A stretch of 64,000 nucleotides of DNA from Heteronotia binoei (lineage: Eukaryota), in contig NC_083228.1 of NCBI RefSeq assembly GCF_032191835.1, forward strand, positions 53,382,001 to 53,446,000, given 5' to 3'. Below are positions 33,990-45,590 of this stretch, piece after piece. Below the pieces are notes generated by a model. It was not told the DNA's origin, made no database searches, and was given only the letters and a program-made list of their open reading frames with translations. The position numbers and the translations under genes were made by a program. Each line of letters opens with the position of its first letter. Position 1 is the stretch's first letter.

Positions 33990-36232
33990 GGTGGCAGGGC
34001 TGGCTGCAGCAGCAGCATGCCTTCCCCACTCGTGCCAGTCTCCATCTGATGATCTGTCTAGGCAGGAGAGCTTTTAGCTTGCTCCTGCTTAGATCTTATC
34101 AGTTTCAGTTGTTTTTAAGGCATTCCTTAAGTGAAGATTAGGTGGCTGAGCAGGAGCATTTTTGCTTGCTGGCTCTGGTCTTGTCAGTTCCCCTTTTCTT
34201 CTGGCTTTCGGACGTTTTAAGAAAGATTGGGGGCTGATCAAGTTGTTGATAAGGCAGGGCAGGAGTGCTTTAAGCTTGCTCCTGCTTCATGTCAGTTTTA
34301 TTTGGCTTCCCGGCATTCAGAAGCCGATCGAGAACCGGCGCAAATGCCCCAGGAGCTATGAGTGATTGGAGAGTGATTGGAGAGCTGATTGCAGAGCAAT
34401 AGTGCCCAGCATTAGTGCCCAGCAATAGTGCCTAGCCATTGTGCCCAGCACCAGGAAGTCTTATGAACGTGCTGTGCGGCAGTTTGAGGACTTTAAATCA
34501 GAGGTAGGGTATCGCATTGTTTGGCTCCTCCCGGTGGAGCAGTTGCTCCACTACTGTGTTGCTTTAAAAGGTAAGGGATTGGCCGTGCGATCCATTAGGG
34601 GACACCTGTCTGCTCTGGCTTTTGCTAGTAAGGCTTTGGAGTATAAGGAAGAAACCACAGACTCATCTGCGAAAGATGCTGGAGGGTTGGGCTAGAGAAG
34701 CCGGACCTAATCCTGACACTAGGAAGCCTATTTCCTCTTTGATTCTTAGGGCCTTGAGGGGGGTTTGGGGCACAGTGTGTGCATCCTATTTTGAGTCCAC
34801 ACTGTTTCATGTCGCTTCCTTGGTTGCCTTCTTTGGGGCCCTTTGAGTCAGTGAGCTAGTGGCATGCTCCAGAAATGATGTTTCTGGTAGTGCTTCGTTA
34901 CCAAAGGACCTGAGGTTAGTTGAGAGTAAGGCAGTCATCACCGTTGGATGCTCCAAGACTGACCAGCATCACAAGGAAACCGTTTTGGAGCTGGGCACAT
35001 GTTCTGAGCTGGAGTTGTGTCCAGTTTCTGCTCTGGCTGCCTATTTGGCAGTACGTGGTCCTAGGGAGGGATTTTTGTTTTGTCATGTCAATGGCAGTCC
35101 ATTGACAAAACATCAATTTTGGGCTGTGATTAGTCGGACTTTAGCTAAGTTCGGGTTGTCTGGGGTGCGGTTTGGAACCCACTCCTTTAGAATTGGGGTG
35201 GCCTCTATAGCTGCCGCCCTGGGCTATCCTTCCTAGGTCATTCAGCATCTGGGCCATTGGCAATACTTGGAATTAACTTGGCTCTCAGCTGGGACTCAAC
35301 CAGTGGGTTACCATTGAATGGCAGGGGCCTTCATTGGCCTGGCCTGTTGCCGTTGTTATTTCAAGGGAGTTCTTGCCCTCCTCACCAGGTCTTAGTTATA
35401 CACCTGGGGGGTAATGATCTTGGGCTGATGAAGAGCACAGCTTTGGCCCTGCAGGCAGAGGAGGATTTTAGGGCTATCAAGGAGAGATGGCCTGGGACCT
35501 TTTTTGGGGGTCAGTCATGATCCCCCGCCTTTTTTGGCAGGGTGTTTGGGACCCTTTGGGCATCAACGGGGCCCATTGCAAGGCTAATAAAAGAATTCTG
35601 AGAGCCTTGGAAGATGGTTTGGGTTACTACTTGCCTCATCCAGACATTCATATTAATTGTCCCCATCTCTATAGGGGTGATGGTGTTCATCTTTCGGATG
35701 AGGGTAATGGTCTCTTCTTGGGAGACCTTTGGCAAGGGCTGCGGGTAGCCTTGTGCCTCCCAGTGGGTGCTAAGGCCTAAGCAGAGGCTTGGCCTTAGTG
35801 GTGGCAGGTTTCTGTGGTTAATGAGCTTATGCGGCTAGGGGAGGACCAGAAAGCATCCCCCTTTTGTGGGGTTAAGGGACTGTCAAGATCGACCTTTGGG
35901 TTTTCTGGCCTGGTGTGGGAGAATGCAGACCATCCTTTGGGGCTTACCTGGAAGGTTTCTTTCATTGAGTTGCCCGGCTCATGGTTGGACCTTCCTGGTT
36001 TGTTGCCTATTTGCTGAGCTGGCCTGATGTGAGCTGTGGTGTACAGCTCTAGCCAGGGGCTGGGTTGCTCGCCCGTTAAATGGCACGGAAGGTGTCTATT
36101 GAACCCCTAGCCCTAACCAGGACGCAGGTTCTGTTTAGCCCTTGCCATTTATTAATAAATTAAATAAAGTGGCCGTTAGTTTAATCCAATTATTGCTTCT
36201 GACTCTTTATTTCAACCTGGGGGGGGGCAATA
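33990..36232 (+). mobile_element. Ngaro-type DIRS (tyrosine-recombinase) retrotransposon, internally deleted; YR plus SGNH hydrolase
   Basis: YR remnants FFGAL*VSEL, SKTDQ, CPV, GTHSFRIG, LGHW (34441-35260); SGNH remnants VIHLGGND and GDGVHLS (35285-35780); 3' terminus TAAATAAAGTGGCC...GGGGGGGGCAATA. No RT/RH seen. 5' boundary uncertain. Confidence 0.85.
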
Positions 36233-38736
36233 CTGTATTAACCACTCTAGCTTAAATGCACTGTAGTCACCAAAAGCCAACTCCTCTCTGCTTAAAGTTG
36301 CTCAGTTGCATAGACTTGTGAAACACTGGGGAAGGTCCTGTAGATAAATTTACAGTGTGATACACAGTGAATTCCAAAGTATGAATGATGCAGTCATGAC
36401 CCTGTTCATTCTGACCTCGCAAATACAGTCACAGTTTTTGTTACACAAATTATATTCAGGAAGGATTTACAGTTTATCTTATTATTGGCATTCAGGGAGT
36501 AGGTGGGTATTACAGAAAGTGTCTAATTACCATTAAAGGGCATTTTTGCAATCTAGATTTAGCAATTTAGTCTATATTAGTGTGTCATATTACAGGAGAA
36601 ATAAAAATATACAATACTTGGAATTAACTTGGAATGACTGCCAGATCCCACATTCTCAACTGAATGCTGTTGTTCAGCAACACACATAGAACATATATGA
36701 AAAATGAAGGTTAAGGAAAGAACACTGTGATGTAACTTTTCAGATAATGAACATTTTCTTTAATCTTCTTTACTTTTGCCACTATTTTCAAGTAAAATAA
36801 TATATATATCAAATATAGGAGTTTTCAGTATGTGTTTGCACTGGGCATGCAACAAAGCAATTGGAAAAGCAAGGGAAACCCTATATGCCACATATAAACA
36901 ATTCAGATAAATAAATAAGTCTACTGTAAAGGAGCCTACTTATGCAAAAAATGCTCATTGTCAGTTGTGAGAAGAAGCAAACTTTCCGCACTTCTCAGTT
37001 TATTAAAATGCTAATACATAGAATGTTCATACATAGAGCTGATGCCATATTTAAATGAAAGGTTGCTTCTAGCTAGTTGAAGAAAATCAGTACAGCAAAC
37101 ACTTAATGATTAAGTGCTGAGGGAAGGTACTGGCCAAGTTCAGTTCTGGTACACGGCCATGTACTTCGGTAAAGCTGCTTCAAGGGAAATTAATTTTGTC
37201 CATGCCTTCTTCCTTCATCTCTCCACATCCCTTCCTTTTCTTTCTAGCTAAAACTGTTTTAATATGTCATCTACCTGATCCCATATGTTGATCTGGGGAT
37301 GTGTGCATATAAAGGCCATAATGCATATAAAGGCACTAAAACCCCATCACTTTCCTACAACTTCCTTATCATTGTTGTTGGTGAAAGAACATATAATTTA
37401 TAAGACCATCCTAGGAAATGTCCCCGCCTCTCACATTCCATGATAGCTTCTGTTAAACTTTTGACTTCAGCTGTACTAGATAACCAGCCACTTCAACATA
37501 TTGATTTTTTCAACAGGTTTCATTCCCTTGAACTTATTTTTATCTACCACCATTAATATCCAGAATTGTCAGATTTTCTCCTTAACAGATTATTCCTTCT
37601 GATTCATCCTAACCTGCAGCATGTCACACACACACACTTAGGCTATGGGCGAGTCACCTTTTCTGTATCTGTTTCTCCCAATGAGTTTTTTTGTCAGAGG
37701 TCTGCGGGCTCTCCCTAATACCAGAGGCCAACTACAGCCTTTATCCTTCAAATGTGGTCTTTCTTGCTGCCTGCCACGTACCTGATGACACATTTCTCCT
37801 CTGTCCACCAACTCATGTGCCCTGAAAAGCTCTCTGCTCTTTCCTTTTTTTTTTCTCCTTCAAATTCTGTATCTGTCCCCCATCAGTAAAGTTAGCCAGT
37901 CACTTTCCTCCCTGTCAACCCTTCTCCTATCTAACTTCTCTTACTTTGTACCATACTGATCCTCTAGTTAGGCTTCTTAATTCTCTGGGTTATTCAGTTT
38001 TGTACCTCCCTGTGGTAACTTTGTACATCCCTCCCTTTGTTTTGAAAGTCATCCTCTTAAACCCTGAAAATCTGGGTTGATTTAATGTCTCCTGAGCGCA
38101 TTTAAATCAAGACTCCTTTGCTTGTCTGTATGCATTTGCATCTTTAGGCAATTTTGGACATATTTCTACCTAGTTAGTTGCTTGTGTTTATTTTGGAAAT
38201 ATTATTTCTCTGGGCACTCTTCCTTCAAAGGAAATAAAGTTATTGACTCCAGAGTGATATTTTTTAAAAAGTACAAACAAGAGAATGGCATTTTGTATGC
38301 TATTTCACCCAGTGTGAAGTCTTAAAGGACATAAGTACTTGCAGTATGCAGTTTGATTCACTTCATGGAAGACTTTAATGAACAGGCATGGAGCTGTTCA
38401 TTGCTACAGGAAAATAGCAAAGATCCAGAAACATACTCAAAAAAGAAATGCATTCATATACAAGCCTTTTGATTGCCCTGTAGCTTTCAAACACATCCAA
38501 GGATTCCCGGATAACATCTTGTGCTACTTACAATATATAATTACCAATTAACTGTACAACAGTGAAGAGATTCAGGAATGTAAACATGCAGATTGGAAAC
38601 AGGGAAGTGGTAATTTTAAAATAATGAGATACAGATGGATGCTAATTCAGTTTGATATTGAACCTAATTTTGTCATTCCTCAGGCATCCTCAGCAGTGCA
38701 TGCCCTTGCTAGTCAAGGACACAGGTATCTCCTTAC

Positions 38737-39404
38737 CTGGGATGGATGTCCACCAGCAGCACAAGGGTCTGCATAGTTATCACGTCAATCCTTTTACAGT
38801 GAAAGCGTGCCACCTTCAGCACTTTTAGATATGTGAAACACAAGACAATGAGGGAAAGGACGAAGCTGAGGGAATGAAAGACCCCAGTAAAAATCATAAA
38901 CTGTGTCCTGTCCTCCAGTCTCTTGTTGTACAGGGTGCAGGAAGCATAAAGATGATGGAAACCCACCCAAGAAAGAGAAGTTGCCACTATAGGGAAGGAC
39001 ACAGAATGCAACCACGTGTAGCTGAGTATGAGAGCAGCATCTTTGTAGCGCATCTTGGAATGATAGTTCAGAGGAAACACCACTGCTATCCACCTGTCTA
39101 TGCTGAGAGCTGCCATGCTGAGCATGGAGTTGGTGGTCAAGAAAGTCTCCAGGAAACCCACCATATGGCAAAGCTGTTCTCCTCCCGGCGGATTCTTGTA
39201 AATGATCCCAGCCAGGGTCAAGGGCATGTTCAAAACAGTCATCAACAAGTTGCAGAAGGTCAGGTTGAGGATAAACAATCCAGGGACTTGCTTGCGGATA
39301 TCTGTGCTGTACAAAAAGCAAATCAGCACCAGCACGTTGGACAGCAACGATACAAGAATGAGCACCACAATTAAGAAAGCCAGGATCACTTCCCAAATGT
39401 TCAT
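38737..39404 (-). CDS. GPR26: GPR26 orphan class A GPCR, coding exon 1 (TM1-TM5 and start of ICL3; 668 bp)
   Basis: Translation MNIWEVIL...NSMLSMAALSIDRWIAVVFPL...SWVGFHHLYASCTL...YLKVLKVARFHCKRIDVITMQTLVLLVDIHP closely resembles GPR26 as recalled. ATG at 39404 is in strong Kozak context GGCACCATG. Exon ends CCC AG|GTAAGG (phase 2 donor). An in-frame upstream ATG lies at 39455. Confidence 0.93.
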
Positions 39405-39769
39405 GGTGCCTCCATTCACAGGAGGAATATTTCCAAAACTGTTCCCAGCCGGCATCCAGAAAGCATGGTGTGAGGCACTCTCACACCCTCCTCCTCCTCC
39501 CCAGACTGCTCACACTCCTGCATGCCCTCAGTATTTTTAGGAGAGCTGCAGTTTTTTCCCTCTCTGCTGCTGCTTCTTTCCACGTCAACGCTTTTTAGAG
39601 ACATGCACAAAAGCACGGGGAATGCCCATCAAACTATGAAAAAGATTTTGTTGTTAAAAATCACAATCTCGTTCTAAAGAAAGCAGCATATTCTGAGAAG
39701 CTGCTCTCCTGAGATCTCTAATTATTGGTCCTAAAGCTTCCCAGCAATTCAACCAGTACATTTATGCTC

Positions 39770-39840
39770 TTTACCTCTCTTCCTCTCTCTCTCTCTCTGT
39801 GTCTCTCTCTCCCTCTTGCTCTCACTCTCTCTCCCCCTCC
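39770..39840. repeat. CT/GA-rich tract upstream of GPR26 (putative promoter or 5' UTR region)
   Basis: Direct reading; a (CA)n tract follows at ~39978-40000. TSS not determined. Confidence 0.6.
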
Positions 39841-42404
39841 CACTTACACGCTTCCAGGCTGACTCTAACCTGCTTTTATGATCACAGATAAATCCCCCAT
39901 TAATGGATTAAAGCGTGCTCACTGCTCATGATTTACTAACATGATTAGATCTGACTCTCCCTCCTCACTTAAATTCTACACACACACACACACACACACA
40001 AACATCCCACTAAAATCAGGGAATTAAAAGATTGGACTAGACTTCTTTGAAAAGAGCTTCCAGCTTTTCATAGTTAATTTCAAAGTGTACATTCCAGTAT
40101 TCTGTCCTTCAACCCCCACCCCCACGTGCATCCTTAAAAATAAAAGCTATTTCAAATTGACAAACCTGGCTCCAGAAGGTGTCAAATACAATATAGAATT
40201 GCCACGAGCATTACAGGGTTCCTGTTCTTTCAGACAACTCTTTACTTTATGAATTTCAAAATTATTTAATGAAAGCTATAAAGCTCTTTTCACAGAAGGA
40301 AAAAAGAAACAAATGCAGAGAATGGTTGGATATAATTTATTCTCATGCCCACCCACTCTGCCACTAATTCTGCCTGACATTGGCAAGCCTGTTAAAACAC
40401 TTAGATTATCATGCATTTAGGTTATTTGTGAGGATTAGCATTTTCATGAAAGTTATATATTTTTTTCTCATAGCACTGTGGTATAAGAAACTGATATGAC
40501 ACTACAAATGGGGAGAAATGGAAGCAGGAATAGTATGTCTCAAGGAAGCATCTAGAGAATGAAGGACACAAAGGAGAGAATTTCTACCCCCTGGCCACTG
40601 AAAGTCCTGAAGAAAGCCACCTGTTTATTCAGAACTTCCAGCAAATAGTTCCTTGACTATACTTTTTCTTACAGGTGCAAAGACTAGGAATTTGGTATTT
40701 TTCATTATCAGATCCCAAATGTTACTTGATTTCACAGTTTGCTTAAATATCTATGCTGGGATATTATTCACTTTATATTCCACCTTTCTCCATCATACTA
40801 TTCCAAGAGACGTACATGGGCATTGAGGAAAACTCCCATTCAGGCCATGACCAGATGCCACCAACTTGGCTTTAGTATGATTACTATAGCCCATGCCTCC
40901 CACCTGAACAAAACATTCCCACCCCAAAAAATTAGTTTAAAAAATTGTTCCAAAAGTTAAAATGCTGTATATCTGATACTTGGCATAGTTTCAAAGATGT
41001 GTGGTTATACCCGTTATTTTCTAGACTTAGTCTCCCCAAAACAGTCTACTATATTTACTTTGGAAAAAAGTATGATCAGTGGTTGATTTTGAACATTGTT
41101 CAGAGAGAGGGCCCAAATCCCACCCAAGTCTAAACATCCTCCCTTTTCCTGACATCATATTAGCCTGCTTCACCTAATAGAGAGACAGTAAACATTTTGG
41201 AGTGAAAATAAAACAATTGTGCTTTTGACATAATGTTGAACTATTGAGCGCATATTTGGCAGAGAATATCTGCAAGATGAAGGAAAGGACCAAGACTGAC
41301 AAATAGAACTGGTAGTTCCACGTAGTTCTGATAACAAACTTCATTTGGTCAACTTCATTTGTTATCTGAACTCTAGCAAACATCACTAAGGGTGATGAAG
41401 GACATGGAGGAGAAGTTTACTGGAAGCTCACCATTTGTGCATGGATGAACTATAATGTATATCTGGAAAGAACCAGCAAAGTAGAAAGTATTAACCAGGC
41501 CAGGAAAAGATATTTGGGACAAATAAGTAGAGGCATGTAAGGATCATAGATGTCATAGGAAGTGTTGGAAGAGGGGCTTAAATTGTGCACATGTTACAAT
41601 GGGTGAGTATGTATATGATACAAAGACTGTTGGATTGTGAATGTGTGTATATGAGAGAGGAAGGAGGTGTGTGTATATAACAAATAAGAAATTTAGTCTC
41701 TGTACATGAGGCAGAAAGAACCTTTGGTTTTTTTGAGTTCAGTGGATAAGAGATAGTTTTGTTCAGAGGTAGAGAAAGGGATTATTTGGTGAGATAGAAA
41801 AACTGGGTGGAGCCATACTTGTATCAGTGAGAGGGAATGGGGTTTGTTGGTATGGGATTGCATAGGCAAATAACGGGGAAAAGTGAGAAAGAATAATTTC
41901 CCCCTTTAATTAATTAATTTACTCAGATAATATATGGAATTCAAACTGTAAGCCAGTGAATGTCCTGGCAGCCAGAAGCATAGATGACTTCAGAAGGGGT
42001 TAGACAGGTACATGGAGAATACGTTCAACAGTGGCTACAAGCCATGGTGAGTAAAGGAAACCTCCTTATTCAGACACAGGAAACCTCTAAAACCCAGTGC
42101 TAGGAGGCAATAGGGCAGGGAATTTGCCTCTATGCTCTGTTCATTGGCCCTCCAGAGCAACTGGCCTAAACGAGCTCATGTTCTGTTCTTGTGTTATAGT
42201 AGGTTACTGTAATGTCGATCACCAAGGCTGCAGGGCAGAATGGAGGAAAGGAGGCAGGGAAAGGAAACAAGTCCCCATACCTAGAGAACAAGATGACCTT
42301 GCCAGTCAAGTAAGGAGATTAAATCCAAAGTGACAACTAACACTGCTTTGACATTCTGCCAGTCTTTTGTTGGGGACCAGATAGCACTGTTAAGAGAAAT
42401 TCTC

Positions 42405-44312
42405 TTAAGAACACAAGAGAAGCCATGTTGGATCAGGCCAATGGCCCATCCAGTCCAACACTCTGTGTCACACAGTAGCCAAAAAAACCAAGTGTCATCA
42501 AGAGATCCACCAGTGGGGCTAGAAGCCCTTTCACTATGCCCCCCCAAGTACAAGAATACAGAGCATCATTGCCCAAGACGGAGAGTTCCAACAATAAGCT
42601 GTGGCTAATAGCCACTAATGGACCTCTGCTCCCTATGCTTATCCATCCCCCTCTTGAATCTGTTTATGCTTGTAGCCACCACCACCTCCTGTGGAAGTGA
42701 ATTCCACATGTTACTCACTCTTTGGGTGAAGAAGTACTTCCTTTTATCAGTTCTAACCCGACTCCTCAGCAATTTCATTGAATGCCCATGAGTTCTCATA
42801 TTGTGAGAAAGGGAGAAAAGTACTTCTTTCTCTGTCTTCTCTATCCCATGCATAATCTTGTACACCTCTATCATGTCACCCCACAGTTGACATTTCTCCA
42901 AGCTAAAGAGCCCCAAGTGTTTTGACCTTTCTTCATAGGGAAAGTGTTCCAACCCTTTAATCATTCTAGTTGCCCTTTTCTACACTTTTTCCAATGCTAT
43001 AATATCTTTTTTGAGCTGCGGTGACCAGAATTGTACAAAGTACTTCAAATGAGGCTGCACCATCGATTTATACAGGGGCATTATGATACTGGCTGATTTG
43101 TTTTCAGTTCCCTTCCTAATAATTCCCAGCATGGCGTTGGCCTTTTTTATTGCAATCGTACACTGTCTTGACATTTTCAGTGAATTATCTACCATGACAC
43201 CAAGATCTCTCTCTTGGCCAGTCTCTGCCAGTTCACACCCCATCAACTTGTATTTATAGCTAGGATTTTTGGCCCCAATGTGCATAACTTTGCACTTGGT
43301 CACATTGAACATCACCTGCCACATTGATGCCCACTCACCCAGTCTCAACAGATCTCTTTGGAGTGCCTCACAATCCTCTCTGGAACCACCCGGAACAATC
43401 CACCCGGAACAATTTAGCGTCATCTGCAAACTTTGCCACTTCACTGCTTACTCCCAACTCCAAATCATTAATGAACAAGTTAAAGAGCGTGGGACCCAGT
43501 ACTGAGCCCTGCGGCACCCCACTGCTTACTGTCTTCCACTGCAAAGATTGTCCATTTATACTCACTCTCTGCTTCCTATTAATTAGCCATTTTTTGATCC
43601 ACAAGAGGGCTTGTCCTTTTACTCCATGACTCTCAGGCTTACTAAGGAGCCTTTGATGAGGAACTTTATCAAAAGCTTTCTGGAAGTCAAGGTAAACAAC
43701 ATCTATTGGGTCCCCTTTGTCCACATGTTTGTTCACCCCCTCAAAGAACTCTAACAAGTTAATGAGACAAGATCTTCCCTTACAGAACCCATGCTGAATC
43801 TTCCTCAATAACTTGTGTTCATCAATATGCCTACTCATTCTCTCTTTGATAATGGTTTCTACCAACTTTCCCGGTATTGAAGTCAGACTGACTGGCCTGT
43901 AATTTCCCGAATCTCCTGTGGAATGCTTTTTTAAAGATGGGGGTGACATTTGCCACCTTCCAATCCTCAGGAACAGAGGCAGATTTCAATGAAAGATTAT
44001 ATATTTTTGTCAGGAGATCCACAAGTTCACCTTTGAGTTCTTTCAGAACTCATGGATGTATGCCATCCAGGCCTGGTGACTTATTACTTTTTAATTTGTC
44101 TATCAGTTGTAGGACCTCCTCTCTCGTCACCTCAGTCTGACTCAAGTCCTTCAACACCCCTTCCAAAATTAGCAGTTCTGGAGTGAGCAAATGCTTCTCT
44201 TCCACAGTGAAGATGGAGGCAAAAATTGCATTCAGCTTCTCAGCCATTTCCCTATCCTCCTTCAGTAATCCTTTGACCCCTTGATCATCCAAGGGTCCCA
44301 TCTTAATTCCTC
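42405..44312 (-). mobile_element. CR1 LINE, 5'-truncated (1.9 kb)
   Basis: [67 protein letters not shown]. Imperfect 15-bp TSD TTAAGAGAAATTCTC (42390-42404) / TTAACATAAATTCTC (44313-44327). Confidence 0.93.
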
Positions 44313-44929
44313 TTAACATAAATTCTCCTTGAAATCCAACAAACCCAATTTCTCCTTGAAATTCAACAACCCATTTCTTTCCCTTTTTTTAGGAATTTGG
44401 AGTCAGTTTCCAGTCAGCTCCATTTTGATCAAAGATAACTGAAGAAAAAAAGAACAGGGAGGGAGATTCCTCAAAATTTCAGAATTTCACTCTGTGGCTG
44501 TTCAGGCAATGCCTTCCAAAACGTTTTATGTCATCCTGCTAGAGCATAACACTGTAATGTATAACATTAAAAAAAACCCTGCAACAGTTGAAGTTAGAAA
44601 ACTGCATTGATTTTTGTACAAAGTTAAATAAAAGATCATCTTTTTTTTAAAAAAAGAGAGTAAGTGGAATTAATGGCCATATACTCCCTTATAAACCTAC
44701 CCATCTGTTATGGTTTTTTTCCAAGGTCATCCTTCAGGTGTCCTCCTCACCTTCAGAAGTCCTTCTTGCACTGAAACACTGGAACTCTGTCCTCAGAGTT
44801 GCCGGTCCCCTTCTTTTGCCATCTACCACCAGCAGATTAAGATTTCTGTATCTCTTCTTATGTTCCATGATCCTTCTTTCCTGCTCTGTTTTTGATTGCT
44901 GATATTATTGTACTGTATTATTGTACTGT

Positions 44930-45590
44930 AAGTTTACAAAGCGGTTGTGATGACAACCCTCATCTACGGCTCCAAATCGTGGGTTTTATACCGTCATCAA
45001 CTGCGATTCCTTGAGCGCTTTCATCAGCACTGCCTTCGCACCATCCTCAACATCCACTGGAGTGACTTTGTGACCAACACTGAAGTCCTCAAGAGGGCAG
45101 AGGTTACAAGCATCGAGGCACTGCTGTTGAAGACGCAGCTGCGCTGGGCAGGGCATATTTCTAGGATGGAAAACCACCGCCTTCCCAAGATTGCTCTGTA
45201 TGGCGAACTTTCCACCGGCCATCAAAATAGAGGGGCACCAAAGAAGAGGTACAAGGACTCCTTGAAGAAATCCCTTGGCACCTATCGCATCAACCATCAC
45301 CAGTGGTCTGACCTAGCCTCAGATCGCAAAGCATGGAGGCACACCATCCACCAGGCTGTCTCTTACTTTGAGAACGCACTCATAGCTGGTCTTGAGGACA
45401 AAAGGAGATTGAGGAAGAATCGCACTGCTACAGCACCAACCCCAAATCAGACTTTTCCCTGCAGCCACTGTGGCCGGACCTGCCTGTCCTGCATTTGTCT
45501 TGTCAGCCACCAGCGAGCCTGCAGCAGACGTGGACTACTGCACCCTTCTTAAATCTTCGTTCGCGAAGTCAAGCCGAGAGAGAGAGATGT
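44930..45590 (+). mobile_element. RTE-clade LINE 3' fragment with a C-terminal C2H2-type finger
   Basis: LIYGSKSW, LERFHQHCLRTILNIHW, QLRWAGHISRMENHRLPKIALYGEL, DRKAWR, CSHCGRTC...SHQRAC; tail AAGCCGAGAGAGAG. Confidence 0.9.

Noticed and set aside
38737-39404. Assignment as the paralog GPR78
   Set aside because: Residues LTLAG, NSMLSMAALSIDRW, SWxGFHxLYASCTL and exon 2 VRERCLEEQ...ISTFIGTF fit GPR26 better, as recalled. A phylogeny or synteny check would be definitive.
38794-39540. Alternative-frame and antisense ORFs over GPR26 exon 1
   Set aside because: Shadow ORFs of a real coding exon, with no independent motifs.
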